Origin: an uncultured Rikenellaceae bacterium
GTDB taxonomy: Bacteria > Bacteroidota > Bacteroidia > Bacteroidales > VadinHA17
Direction of reading: 5' to 3'
Assembly (NCBI GenBank): GCA_964599235.1
Contig: CAZRDX010000009.1
Coordinates: 24,396-88,395 of the forward strand
Length of the DNA: 64,000 nt
The notes under the pieces are model-generated. The model saw only the letters and a program-made list of their open reading frames with translations, was not told where the DNA came from and made no database searches. The translations under genes and the position numbers were made by a program. Shown here piece after piece: positions 41,101-49,331 of this stretch (within the stretch, counting starts at the first letter, position 1; each line of letters opens with the position of its first letter).

Positions 41101-41560
41101 GATCATGACCGGTATCGGGATCATCTCGCTGGCAGGCATTGTGGTGAACAATGCCATTGTGCTGCTCGACTACATCGAGCTGCTGAAGGCACGGCGACGC
41201 AAGGAGCTGGGGCTTCCCGAAGACGCCTATCTTCCGGTGGAGGAAGCCACCGAATGCATCATCCGTGCCGGGCGTACCCGTCTGCGGCCCGTTCTGCTCA
41301 CGGCTATCACTACGGTGCTGGGGCTGATCTCCCTGGCCATCGGACTGAACATGAACTTCGGCACCCTGCTCAGCAGGATGGACCCACAGCTCTATTTCGG
41401 CGGCGACAACGTCCTCTTCTGGGGACCCATGTCGTGGACCGTCATCTTCGGGCTCTCCTTCTCCACTTTCCTCACCCTTATCATTGTTCCTGTCATGTAC
41501 CGCCTGACCATCATCATCCAGAAATGGTTCATGGACCTTTTCGGGAAAAAAGCCGCTTGA
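38132..41560 (+). CDS. efflux RND transporter permease (AcrB/HAE1-like)
   Basis: The 1142-aa protein has a 12-TM, two-large-loop architecture and conserved GMLVDNAIVVVENI and GIVVNNAIVLLDYI motifs. Confidence 0.92.
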   Translation: MEKMENEPKKDQVIRNFALTTLSLKNKNTVFLMTFVLIIFGLVSYIRLPKELFPDVVVPTVLVQTVYPGNSPADIENLITRPIEKEIDGIRGIKKLTSQSYQDLSFITVEFNTGVDINKALQDVKDAVDRARSDLPDDLLNEPTVKDIDFTEFPIITINLSGDYSTVELRKYAEYLQDEVETVKEISRVDIKGINDREIKIIIDPYKLQEMNLSFRDIENAIRSENISMSGGEVKVNGTTRSIRILGEFATADQIENIIVKQVEGNVKYLKDVARVIDGFEDPTNYARLNSKPVVSLQVVKKGGENLLVATDKIFAIVEKARSEGILPSNLKIDYTNDQSELVRKQLSNLENNIIMGVILVVLVLYYFMGVRNALLVGLAIPMSMFISFMVMGLTGIRINMITLFALILSLGMLVDNAIVVVENIYRFIDRGYRPWEAAKQATGEIAVPIIASTATTLAAFFPMVFWSGRIGEFMKMLPIMLIIVLSSSLFVALVIIPVFSATFIKKKERGDYTPNRKKTFRTLGIMSVVAVLGYVTHHYVIANLLAFFVVIVALHTLFFYRSERWFQVKFLGWLEDIYARSLRFALRGRNPVLFLAGTFLLLGVTIMFYRARNPKVDFFPENEPSYINIEADMPLGTDITRTDSMMKVLEARLARLLRPDSIVVKNVLTTVGRGIPDKFTGGKDEPNKGLITINFVDYKDRHGIRTSEIMKRISEAFINQYPGVRISVEKNKMGPPTGKPVNIEISGENFNTLIHLADSIKSFISHTGIEGIEGLKLDLDVGKPELIVRINREKARRYGLSTQLIAGTIRTALYGRKVSDFKVGEDEYPITIRLADRFRNDITTLLNQTVALNEKGKITNIPISAVTTISYSNTYGTINRKDRKRVVTLYSNVLPGFNSNRIIQQLQVAMAGFTLPAGYNYSFTGEQEDQKESMEFLSRAMLIALSIILLILVTQFNSIIRPVIIMASVVFSTIGVFGGLATFNMDFVVIMTGIGIISLAGIVVNNAIVLLDYIELLKARRRKELGLPEDAYLPVEEATECIIRAGRTRLRPVLLTAITTVLGLISLAIGLNMNFGTLLSRMDPQLYFGGDNVLFWGPMSWTVIFGLSFSTFLTLIIVPVMYRLTIIIQKWFMDLFGKKAA

Positions 41561-41707
41561 CCGGCATCCGCCCCGGCAAACCTCCCGGCAACGCTTTTCC
41601 GGTCCTTGGTCAAAAAAGCAAGTTCTTTCGCCGCTGCTCAGAAGGTTTTTATCCTGAGATAGGATTTTTTTCTTAAATTTACTTGGAAATATCTGCTGGG
41701 TGCCTGC

Positions 41708-42796
41708 ATGACAACGAACCACGACTCCCATACCAAGACCCTGTACCCGGTTTACAAGCTCTTCATGGACCATCAGATCGAACTGGTCTATCACGGGAGC
41801 ATCGATTCCGCCATTGCAGACGCTCTGATCAACATCTTCGAGCATCTTTTGTACAACAAGGAAGCACCGGTCAAGATCCAGAAACGGGCATTCTATATCC
41901 TGGTAGAGGCTTTACAGAACGTGGTAAGACACCAGATGGTCCCAGACAGGATGCCTCAGGGAGGCTCTCCCGCTTCGCTCCTTTTCCAGTATCTTAACGG
42001 TCATTTCGTCTTCACCCTCAAGAACCTGGTATTATCGGAAAAAAGGAAGGAGATCGCAGGAAAGATCGATGAGCTCAATGCCTTTGACAAGCAAGAACTC
42101 AATAAACATTACAAGAAGATCCTGAAAAACGAGGTGCTTTCCGACAAGGGAGGTGCCGGCCTGGGCCTGATCGAGATCGCACGCAAATCGGAGAACATCA
42201 TTACGTATGATTTCATCCCTGCCGGGGACAACCTCTCCTGGTTTTTTTTCAGTATCATGGTCGCCGACAAGGAGAAAAAAGATCCCGTACCGCCAGGGCA
42301 AGGGGTGGAGGTGGCCAAGGAGTTGCACCGTCTTCTTGCCGAAGGGGACATCTGGTTCCTTTTACGTGAAGAATACCCGGCCATCTTTCCTCAGGGGCTT
42401 TCCCAACATGTGACCACCGTCTTGCGATGTTCCGGTCAGGAGCACACCCAACGGTTCCACACTCTCCTGCAGCCTTTCAGTGGTCTTTGTCAGGCCGTAT
42501 CCCACATCCAGCTCCTTCATCAAAAACGTCCCTGCGTCGTATGCTTCGTCAGGGACAAGAAAGGGATGGCGCTCTATACCGGCATGCCGGTAAAAAAACA
42601 GGATGAGGGTAAGGTGGTGGATTTTTTCAGTGCCCTGTTCATTCCCGGCAGCGGCACGCCCGACATCACCTCCCTCGAAGAGGCCAGCTGGGAGCAGCTG
42701 AAAAGATTGCCGGAATTTCTGCCTGCCCCGCCCCGGATCATCGTCCGGCAGGCCACCCCCTCCGACAGCTTCATCATCCTGAAATTCAAACTCTGA
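41708..42796 (+). CDS. SiaB/RsbW-like HATPase-fold (anti-sigma-type Ser/Thr kinase-like) protein with a degenerate C-terminal repeat
   Basis: The N-terminal ~195 aa carries a GHKL G-box in the context LSDKGGAGLGLIEIARKS and an upstream VEALQNVVRHQ (N-box-like). As I recall, this resembles SiaB-family/DUF6272 proteins. The C-terminal ~165 aa repeats the pattern but lacks the G-box. Confidence 0.5.
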   Translation: MTTNHDSHTKTLYPVYKLFMDHQIELVYHGSIDSAIADALINIFEHLLYNKEAPVKIQKRAFYILVEALQNVVRHQMVPDRMPQGGSPASLLFQYLNGHFVFTLKNLVLSEKRKEIAGKIDELNAFDKQELNKHYKKILKNEVLSDKGGAGLGLIEIARKSENIITYDFIPAGDNLSWFFFSIMVADKEKKDPVPPGQGVEVAKELHRLLAEGDIWFLLREEYPAIFPQGLSQHVTTVLRCSGQEHTQRFHTLLQPFSGLCQAVSHIQLLHQKRPCVVCFVRDKKGMALYTGMPVKKQDEGKVVDFFSALFIPGSGTPDITSLEEASWEQLKRLPEFLPAPPRIIVRQATPSDSFIILKFKL

Positions 42797-42820
42797 GAAA
42801 GGGGCAGAGAAAACTGCCTT

Positions 42821-43177
42821 TCAGTGATCACAATAGTTTCCCAGATTTTCCAGATGTCCGCCCAACAGGTCATCGACAAGGGCCGTGACTTCTTTGACGG
42901 GGGCGCCGTCGTAAACATTGATACCTTCTTCCAGGAGCATATCGATGGCCTTTTGTCCGATACCTCCGGTGATGACGTCTGTCACTCCCAGCTCACCCAG
43001 CCACCGTGGAAAGACCTCCGGGGCATGGGGTGGCGGGACCACCTCATGGATCCCGGCCACCTGCCCCTCACGGATATCGAACAAGGCAAAGGCAGGTGTC
43101 TTCCCGAAATGAATGCACAGTTTGCCCTCTTTCACCGGCACCGCGATCCTTCCCGAACGTTTTTTTTCCTTTTCCAT
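42821..43177 (-). CDS. NifB/NifX-family (dinitrogenase FeMo-cofactor-binding-like) small protein
   Basis: ATG at 43177. IAVPVKEGKLCIHFGKTPAFALFDI...GVTDVITGGIGQKAIDMLLEEGINVY is typical of the NifX-like fold family. Confidence 0.75.
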   Translation of the reverse strand: MEKEKKRSGRIAVPVKEGKLCIHFGKTPAFALFDIREGQVAGIHEVVPPPHAPEVFPRWLGELGVTDVITGGIGQKAIDMLLEEGINVYDGAPVKEVTALVDDLLGGHLENLGNYCDH

Positions 43178-43190
43178 AAGTGTTGCTTGA

Positions 43191-43760
43191 TCATTCCCGC
43201 ACCATCGGTGCTCCGCACGAAGGACATACGTAAGTGTTACACGGCCGGCCCGGTTCGTGTGCCACCCGAGTACCGCAGGAAGGACAGACACAATGACCGG
43301 GGGCGAGGTGTTTCCAACGGCCATGCCCTCTTTTCCTCTGCCAGTTCCGGATGGTCTCGTTCAAATGGATCAGCTCCCGTGACCCGCAGTGCGGACACTT
43401 GCGTTCCTCCTCCTCTTCCAAAGAAAAGACCGCATGACAACGCCTGCAACGATACCACTCCTCACGGAATCCGACAAAACCTCCCTCGATACGTATCTCA
43501 CGCCCTTCCACCAGCGCCGTGGCCAGTTTCTTGCGCACCTCATCATACATCCTCGTGAGCGTGGGACGTGAGACACCCATCTGCCGGGCCGCCTCCTGAT
43601 GCGAAAGACCTTCATAATCCACCAGACGGAACGCTTCCCACTCCTCATACAACAGATACACCGGCTCGCCTTCCCGGCCTTCTGTCCCGCCTATGGGCAA
43701 AAAACCCTGTACTTTCGGAGGATCCCCTATCTTTCTGCTCTTCCTTGGTCGCGGCGACAT
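43191..43760 (-). CDS. DUF134 (UPF0251) HTH protein with a C-terminal double zinc-ribbon extension
   Basis: DUF134 core LLYEEWEAFRLVDYEGLSHQEAARQMGVSRPTLTRMY is followed by CRRC...CPHC and CVCPSC...CPSC cysteine pairs. It ends 13 nt upstream of the NifX-like gene. Confidence 0.75.
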   Translation of the reverse strand: MSPRPRKSRKIGDPPKVQGFLPIGGTEGREGEPVYLLYEEWEAFRLVDYEGLSHQEAARQMGVSRPTLTRMYDEVRKKLATALVEGREIRIEGGFVGFREEWYRCRRCHAVFSLEEEEERKCPHCGSRELIHLNETIRNWQRKRGHGRWKHLAPGHCVCPSCGTRVAHEPGRPCNTYVCPSCGAPMVRE

Positions 43761-43789
43761 ATCCTTTTTGGGGCAAATATAATGAACAA

Positions 43790-44563
43790 ATGTTCAAAAT
43801 CCATATTTGTTCCAAAGATAAATTTAGTGTAAATTTTAACAAAAAAAGAAAAAAGCATTTCACGGTGCGCGGAACGGAGCTTTTCAGGGCTGTTGCCGAT
43901 CTTTTTTTCCCGCGGGTCTGTCCGTTGTGCGGGCAGGTCCTTTTGACGGGTGAAGAAGGCATATGTCTCTCCTGCCTGAGCGATCTGCCTTATGTTCGTT
44001 TCCGGGATACGGCGGAAGGCCCGCTGGCCCGTGTATTCTGGGGGCGTATACCTTTCCGCGGGGTCCATGCCTTCCTGTATTATGAAAAAGGCAACCGGGC
44101 AAGCCGGCTGGTACAGGCCATCAAATACCACGGCTACAAAGAGCTGGGCCGGTGGATGGGGAGGATCTACGGCGAACATCTTCGCTCTCTTCCTCCTTTT
44201 GACAAGGTGGATCTGGTGGTGCCCGTGCCTTTGCACCGGCGCAAGCAGCGTCAGCGGGGGTTCAACCAGAGCGAATGGATCGGAAAGGGCATTGCCGAGG
44301 CTTTGCAGATCCCGCTGGAGAGCCGCAACCTGTACCGCAAGATATACAATCCGTCGCAGACCCGCCGGGGACGTTACGAGCGCTGGGAGAACGTGGAAGG
44401 CATCTTTGCGTTACGTGATCCTTCCCTCTTCGAGGGCAAACATATCCTCCTGGTAGACGATGTGATCACCACCGGGGCCACGCTGGAGGCCTGTGCCACG
44501 GCGGTGCTGCAGGCTCCCGGATCAAGTGTCAGCCTGGCCGCCCTGAGCATGGCCCGGGGTTAG
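43790..44563 (+). CDS. ComF family protein (phosphoribosyltransferase domain)
   Basis: N-terminal zinc finger FPRVCPLCG...CLSC and C-terminal PRTase motif ILLVDDVITTGATL. The start is uncertain: ATG 43790 or in-frame GTG 43865. The 43568 start would overlap the DUF134 gene. Confidence 0.8.
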   Translation: MFKIHICSKDKFSVNFNKKRKKHFTVRGTELFRAVADLFFPRVCPLCGQVLLTGEEGICLSCLSDLPYVRFRDTAEGPLARVFWGRIPFRGVHAFLYYEKGNRASRLVQAIKYHGYKELGRWMGRIYGEHLRSLPPFDKVDLVVPVPLHRRKQRQRGFNQSEWIGKGIAEALQIPLESRNLYRKIYNPSQTRRGRYERWENVEGIFALRDPSLFEGKHILLVDDVITTGATLEACATAVLQAPGSSVSLAALSMARG

Positions 44564-44565
44564 GT

Positions 44566-45258
44566 TCATCCTTTTTCACGCAACAGCTCCCTCAACCGGG
44601 CCACTCCTTCACTTGCCTTCTCACGTATGTAAACCACTTCGCGGGAGAGCGGCACCCGCACTTCGGCAGGGTCGATCACGTAAATACGGCAATGAGAGGG
44701 AGTATACTGCACCAGCCCGGCAGCAGGATAGACCTTCATCGAGGTGCCGATGATCACGAAAAGATCCGCGCGGCTCACGATCTCTATGGCTTCTTCCATC
44801 GCGGGCACCGCCTCGCCGAACCACACCACGTGAGGCCGCAGCTGGGAGCCTTTTTCACACAGGTCCCCCAGGTTGAGCTCCGCCCCTTCGATCTCATACA
44901 CCAGCGAAGGATCGGCCGTCGATCGGGCCTTGCGCAGTTCGCCGTGCAGGTGCAGCACCCTGCTGCTGCCGGCCCGTTCATGCAGGTCGTCAATGTTCTG
45001 GGTGATGATGTGCACCTCGTAGTCTTTTTCCAATTCCACCAGCCCGTAATGCCCCGCATTGGGAGAGGCCTCCAGAAGCTGTTGCCGCCGTTCGTTGTAG
45101 AACTGCAGGACCAACCCCGGGTCACGCTCCCACGCCTCCGGCGTGGCAACTTCCGTGACATCGTACTCTTTCCACAAGCCCCCCATATCACGGAAAGTAC
45201 GCAGACCGCTCTCGGCGCTCATCCCCGCACCGGACAGGACCACCAGTCGTTCTTTCAT
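44566..45258 (-). CDS. cobB: Sir2-family NAD-dependent protein deacylase
   Basis: GAGMSAESGLRTFRD, ITQNIDDLHERAG, catalytic His in LHLHGEL. I use the ATG at 45258. The usual four Zn-ribbon cysteines are not present. Confidence 0.85.
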   Translation of the reverse strand: MKERLVVLSGAGMSAESGLRTFRDMGGLWKEYDVTEVATPEAWERDPGLVLQFYNERRQQLLEASPNAGHYGLVELEKDYEVHIITQNIDDLHERAGSSRVLHLHGELRKARSTADPSLVYEIEGAELNLGDLCEKGSQLRPHVVWFGEAVPAMEEAIEIVSRADLFVIIGTSMKVYPAAGLVQYTPSHCRIYVIDPAEVRVPLSREVVYIREKASEGVARLRELLREKG

Positions 45259-45390
45259 GGTTCTTTTTTTCACAAAGTTATCATTTCCCGCCAAGAAGAA
45301 CTTTAGTGGATAACTCCCGTTCTTTTTCTCTCTTTTTCCCGCCTAAAGTGGACAGAAAATCCGTAATTTCGCAGATACAATCTGTCAGTC

Positions 45391-47355
45391 ATGATCGATC
45401 CCCAGACCAAGGAACGTATCCTCAACAGTGCCGACATTGTCGAGGTCATCAGCGAGTTCGTTTCGCTGAAGAAGAGGGGATCAAATTATCTGGGCCTCTG
45501 TCCTTTCCACAATGAAAAAACCCCCTCTTTTTCCGTCTCGCCCTCGAAGGGCATTTACAAATGTTTCGGTTGCGGACGGGGCGGTGACGTGGTCTCTTTC
45601 ATCATGGAATACGAGAAGCTCTCCTATCCCGAAGCGTTGCGGTACTTGGCTCGCAAATACAACATCGAGGTGGAGGAGCGGGAGCTCACCCCCGATGAGA
45701 TACGTGCCCAGAAGGAGAGCGAGAGTCTTTATGCCGTCACCGAGTTCGCCAGGAAATTCTTCATGGACAGCCTCTACAACAACCTGGAAGGGATCTCGGT
45801 GGCCCAGCCTTACTTCCGTGAACGAGGTTTCCTGCAGGAAACACTGAAGAAGTTCGACATCGGCTATTGTCCCGGCACACGGGACACGTTCACACAGGCG
45901 GCCCTGAAAGCCGGCTATAAAAAGGAGATGCTGGTGAAGGCCGGCCTGAGCATTGAGTCGGACGGCCGTTTGTTCGACCGCTTTTCCGGACGTGTGATGT
46001 TCCCCATCCACAGTCTTTCGGGCAAAGTGGTGGGTTTTGGAGGCCGGGTGATGAAAAAAACCGAGAAGACGGCCAAATACATCAACACGCCCGAGACCCC
46101 TATCTATCACAAGAGCTTTATCGTTTACGGCATTTACCAGGCCCGCAAGGCGATCCAGAAAGAGGACCGCTGTTACCTGGTGGAAGGCTACACCGATGTG
46201 CTCTCACTCCATCAGAACGGCATCGAGAACGTGGTGGCCTCCTCGGGCACCTCGCTCACCGTCGAGCAGATCCGTCTCATCAAGCGCTTCACGAAAAACA
46301 TCACCATCCTCTACGACGGGGATGCTGCGGGCGTGGCCGCCTCCCTGCGCGGCATCGACATGGTGCTGGAAGAAGGGCTCAACGTCCGCGTCCTGCTCCT
46401 GCCCGAAGGGGAGGACCCCGACTCCTTCGCCAAAAAACACGGGGCCGATGAGGTGAAGGCTTTCATCCGGAAGAACGAACAGGATTTCCTTCATTTCAAG
46501 ACACGCCTTCTTTCGGAGGAGGCCGGCCATGATCCCGTAAAGAAGGCCGGGGTCATCCGGAGCATTGTGGGCTCGATCGCCGTCATCCCCGACCCCATCA
46601 CACGCAATGTATACCTCAAGGAGTGCAGCCGTCAGCTGGAAGTGGACGAGGAGGCCCTGCTCAGCGAGGTGGCCAAGATACGCAGAAAAAGGTCGGAAAA
46701 AGTGCGTATCCGTCTGCGCCGCGAGGAAGAGGAACAAAACACCCGCCGTCGCCACACCGCACAGGTCTCCACCCAGGAACGCCCGGGCGTCGAGGTGCTG
46801 GAGACCGAGATCCTGCGTCTCCTCCTCCAGTACGGCAGCAGCAAAAAGATCATTCTTGGCAAAAAACCCAGGATCACCGAGATCCCCGTGGCGGAATACA
46901 TCTTCCGCGAGCTGGAAGCCGACGGCCTCGTCCCCTCTGACCCCGTGTTAAAAAAGATCTACGACGAATATCGCGAACTCTTCCTCGCCCATGGCAAAGT
47001 CGACCACCTTCACTTCGTCCACCACAGCGATGAGTCGGTCAGAGACCGTGTGGTCGATCTGCTCCTTGAAAGATACAGCCTCAGCAAGATCTGGACAAAA
47101 CACGAGAACGTCCCCGAGACCGAGGAGATGATGCTGGACAAGGTGGTTCGCAAGGCGATCCTGTCGTTCAAGGAACACAAGGTGGATGAGGTGCTGGGAG
47201 AACTGCAACAGTCATTGAAACAGGCCGAAAAAGAAGGTGATCAGGAAAAAATGGACGAGCTTTTCGTGCGCATCCACCAATTGCATAACCTGAAGAAAAA
47301 GATCACCCTGATGATCGGCCCGCGCACCATCCTGCCCCGCCCTGCCGGCCGCTGA
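45391..47355 (+). CDS. dnaG: DNA primase
   Basis: Zinc finger CPFHNEKTPSFSVSPSKGIYKCFGCGRGG and Toprim EGYTDVLSLHQ...ILYDGDAAG. Confidence 0.95.
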   Translation: MIDPQTKERILNSADIVEVISEFVSLKKRGSNYLGLCPFHNEKTPSFSVSPSKGIYKCFGCGRGGDVVSFIMEYEKLSYPEALRYLARKYNIEVEERELTPDEIRAQKESESLYAVTEFARKFFMDSLYNNLEGISVAQPYFRERGFLQETLKKFDIGYCPGTRDTFTQAALKAGYKKEMLVKAGLSIESDGRLFDRFSGRVMFPIHSLSGKVVGFGGRVMKKTEKTAKYINTPETPIYHKSFIVYGIYQARKAIQKEDRCYLVEGYTDVLSLHQNGIENVVASSGTSLTVEQIRLIKRFTKNITILYDGDAAGVAASLRGIDMVLEEGLNVRVLLLPEGEDPDSFAKKHGADEVKAFIRKNEQDFLHFKTRLLSEEAGHDPVKKAGVIRSIVGSIAVIPDPITRNVYLKECSRQLEVDEEALLSEVAKIRRKRSEKVRIRLRREEEEQNTRRRHTAQVSTQERPGVEVLETEILRLLLQYGSSKKIILGKKPRITEIPVAEYIFRELEADGLVPSDPVLKKIYDEYRELFLAHGKVDHLHFVHHSDESVRDRVVDLLLERYSLSKIWTKHENVPETEEMMLDKVVRKAILSFKEHKVDEVLGELQQSLKQAEKEGDQEKMDELFVRIHQLHNLKKKITLMIGPRTILPRPAGR

Positions 47356-47415
47356 TCCCAGAAACACCGGCAAGCCACTCCTTGTCAGCGTGAAATCTTT
47401 TTTATCTTTGACACC

Positions 47416-48357
47416 ATGACCTTGCCGGGGACACATAGCCAGAAAAAACATTCCTTACGGAAGACCCTCTTTCTGCTCCTCATCCTGGTGATGCCGGCAT
47501 GTCAACACCGTGAGGGAGCCACAACCGGCTATTCCGATACGCTCTTTTTCGGCCAGGAGGAGGACAGCACGGATCTGGTCCCTGCCGCCCGTAAAGAGAC
47601 GGAGGAGGACAACACCATCCGTTATGGCATCTATTCTCCTGCGGAAGTGGCCGGCATGTTCCGCAGGAGAGGTCTGAAATATGATCCTGACATCCTCAGT
47701 CCCACCGATGCTGTTTCCCATTTCAACACCCGCAGTCAGATCGCGCTCAACCTGGGGGTATATGGTGCCGATCTCAGTTACATCCAGATGTTCGGTTCGC
47801 CCGACGCTTCCCGCTACCTTGATGTCATCCTCCGGCTGGCCGGCCAGCTGGGAATTCCGCAGGATTTTATCCGCGAACTGGTGGAACGCATCGACAACAA
47901 CATCGCCAACAACGATTCCCTCATCCAGATCTCGCTGGAAGCGTACAACACCATCAACCATTTCCTTCTGGAGGAAAACCAGGAAGATATCGCCTATCTC
48001 ATCCTGGCCGGTGCCTGGATCGAGGCCATGTACATCGCCGTCCATGACCTGCTTAAAGACAACGATCCCGAGATCGTAAAAAAGGTGGTGGAACAGAAAT
48101 ACTCGCTCAACTACCTCCTTTCGTCGATGAAGAACTATTACAACGACACCAGTGTGGCCTATGTCTACCGCAGGCTGTTCGTGCTGAAAAAGTATCTCGA
48201 CCACACCCGCTTGGAATTCGACGACCAGCAGATACGGATCGACAAGGAGCGCAAGGAGATCATCGCCCGTCCGCATTCCATCCAATACTCCTCCGATACA
48301 TTGGAAAAGATACGAGAGATCGTTGTCGAACTGCGAAATCAGATCCTCAACAAATGA
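47416..48357 (+). CDS. lipoprotein of unknown function (paralog A)
   Basis: Signal and Cys (LLILVMPAC). It shares blocks with the next gene: ALNLGVYGADLSY, YLDVILRLAGQLG, ERIDNNIANNDSL, AGAWIEAMY. No family recognised. Confidence 0.7.
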   Translation: MTLPGTHSQKKHSLRKTLFLLLILVMPACQHREGATTGYSDTLFFGQEEDSTDLVPAARKETEEDNTIRYGIYSPAEVAGMFRRRGLKYDPDILSPTDAVSHFNTRSQIALNLGVYGADLSYIQMFGSPDASRYLDVILRLAGQLGIPQDFIRELVERIDNNIANNDSLIQISLEAYNTINHFLLEENQEDIAYLILAGAWIEAMYIAVHDLLKDNDPEIVKKVVEQKYSLNYLLSSMKNYYNDTSVAYVYRRLFVLKKYLDHTRLEFDDQQIRIDKERKEIIARPHSIQYSSDTLEKIREIVVELRNQILNK

Positions 48358-48389
48358 TAATTCGATGGGATTCCGTATCTTTGGACATT

Positions 48390-49241
48390 ATGAAAAACAC
48401 CCGTGCCATGAAAAGATCATTTTTCACCGTATCTCTGATCATCCTGAGCCTCATCTGGCTGGTCGGTACTTCCTGTAAGAACCGGCAAACCTCCACTTCG
48501 CGGGAAGATGAGAGCGAGAACATCCCGATCGAAAACAAACAGGAGCTGAAAAAACAGGTCCAGGAGTTCCTTTATCCCCTGCCCACCACCGTAGAAGTGG
48601 TACAGATGCTGCAGGACATTGGCATCAGTTACATCATCGGCATCAGCAATCCCACGGAGAACGCGGACAAATACATGTCCTCGCGCAGCAAGGCCATTGC
48701 CCTGGGGGTCTACGGGGCCGATCTCAGCTACGCCAGCGTCTACAACATGCAGCAGGATGTGATCTCCTATCTCGACGTCATCCGCAAACTGGCCGGGGAA
48801 CTTTATCTTCAGGACGTCTACAACGAAAAGATCGTAGAACGTATCAACAACAACCTCAACAACAAGGATTCGCTGGTCAACATCCTGACGAACGTTCTCT
48901 TTGAAAGTTACAATAAGCTCAACCAGAACGGCAAGGGCGACATTGCCCTGATGATGGTGACGGGGGGCTGGGTCGAAGCCCTGTACCTCACCACGCATGT
49001 CTCGGCCAACTCTTACGACAATTATGAGCTGGTCAAGATCATCGCCGGCCAGAAGGAATCGCTTGACAAACTGATGGACGTGCTGAACGAAAGAAAAGAC
49101 GATCCGGCCATCGCCGAACTGATCCGGACGTTGCAACCCCTGAAAGCGCTTTACGACGAAGCCGGTGACAGCCTTACCGAAGACCAGCTGCACAAGATCT
49201 CCGCTGAAGTGGAAAAGGTGCGGAACAAGCTGCTTTCGTAA
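48390..49241 (+). CDS. lipoprotein of unknown function (paralog B)
   Basis: ATG at 48390 gives MKNTRAMKRSFFTVSLIILSLIWLVGTSC. Shared blocks are AIALGVYGADLSY, YLDVIRKLAGELY, ERINNNLNNKDSL, TGGWVEALY. Confidence 0.7.
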   Translation: MKNTRAMKRSFFTVSLIILSLIWLVGTSCKNRQTSTSREDESENIPIENKQELKKQVQEFLYPLPTTVEVVQMLQDIGISYIIGISNPTENADKYMSSRSKAIALGVYGADLSYASVYNMQQDVISYLDVIRKLAGELYLQDVYNEKIVERINNNLNNKDSLVNILTNVLFESYNKLNQNGKGDIALMMVTGGWVEALYLTTHVSANSYDNYELVKIIAGQKESLDKLMDVLNERKDDPAIAELIRTLQPLKALYDEAGDSLTEDQLHKISAEVEKVRNKLLS

Positions 49242-49268
49242 CCACGTCACCCTGGATATCGTTCAAAG

Positions 49269-49291
49269 ACCCGGCATAGCCGGGTTTTTTT
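49269..49291 (+). terminator. intrinsic terminator after lipoprotein paralog B
   Basis: Stem ACCCGGC/GCCGGGT with loop ATA, followed by T7. Confidence 0.8.
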
Positions 49292-49331
49292 GTTTTCGGG
49301 ATATTCCGTATTTTTCCCGTAAATCGCATCC

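Noticed and set aside
43568-43789. A 74-aa N-terminal extension of the ComF ORF, and the analogous 5' extensions of the RNase R (14244-14447), GH31-like (25540-25749), NifX-like (43178-43324), CBM9-like (181-240) and cobB (45259-45294) ORFs.
   Set aside because: The extensions overlap neighbouring genes or promoters and have Pro/Arg-rich junk composition. Internal ATG codons give canonical N-termini or signal peptides.
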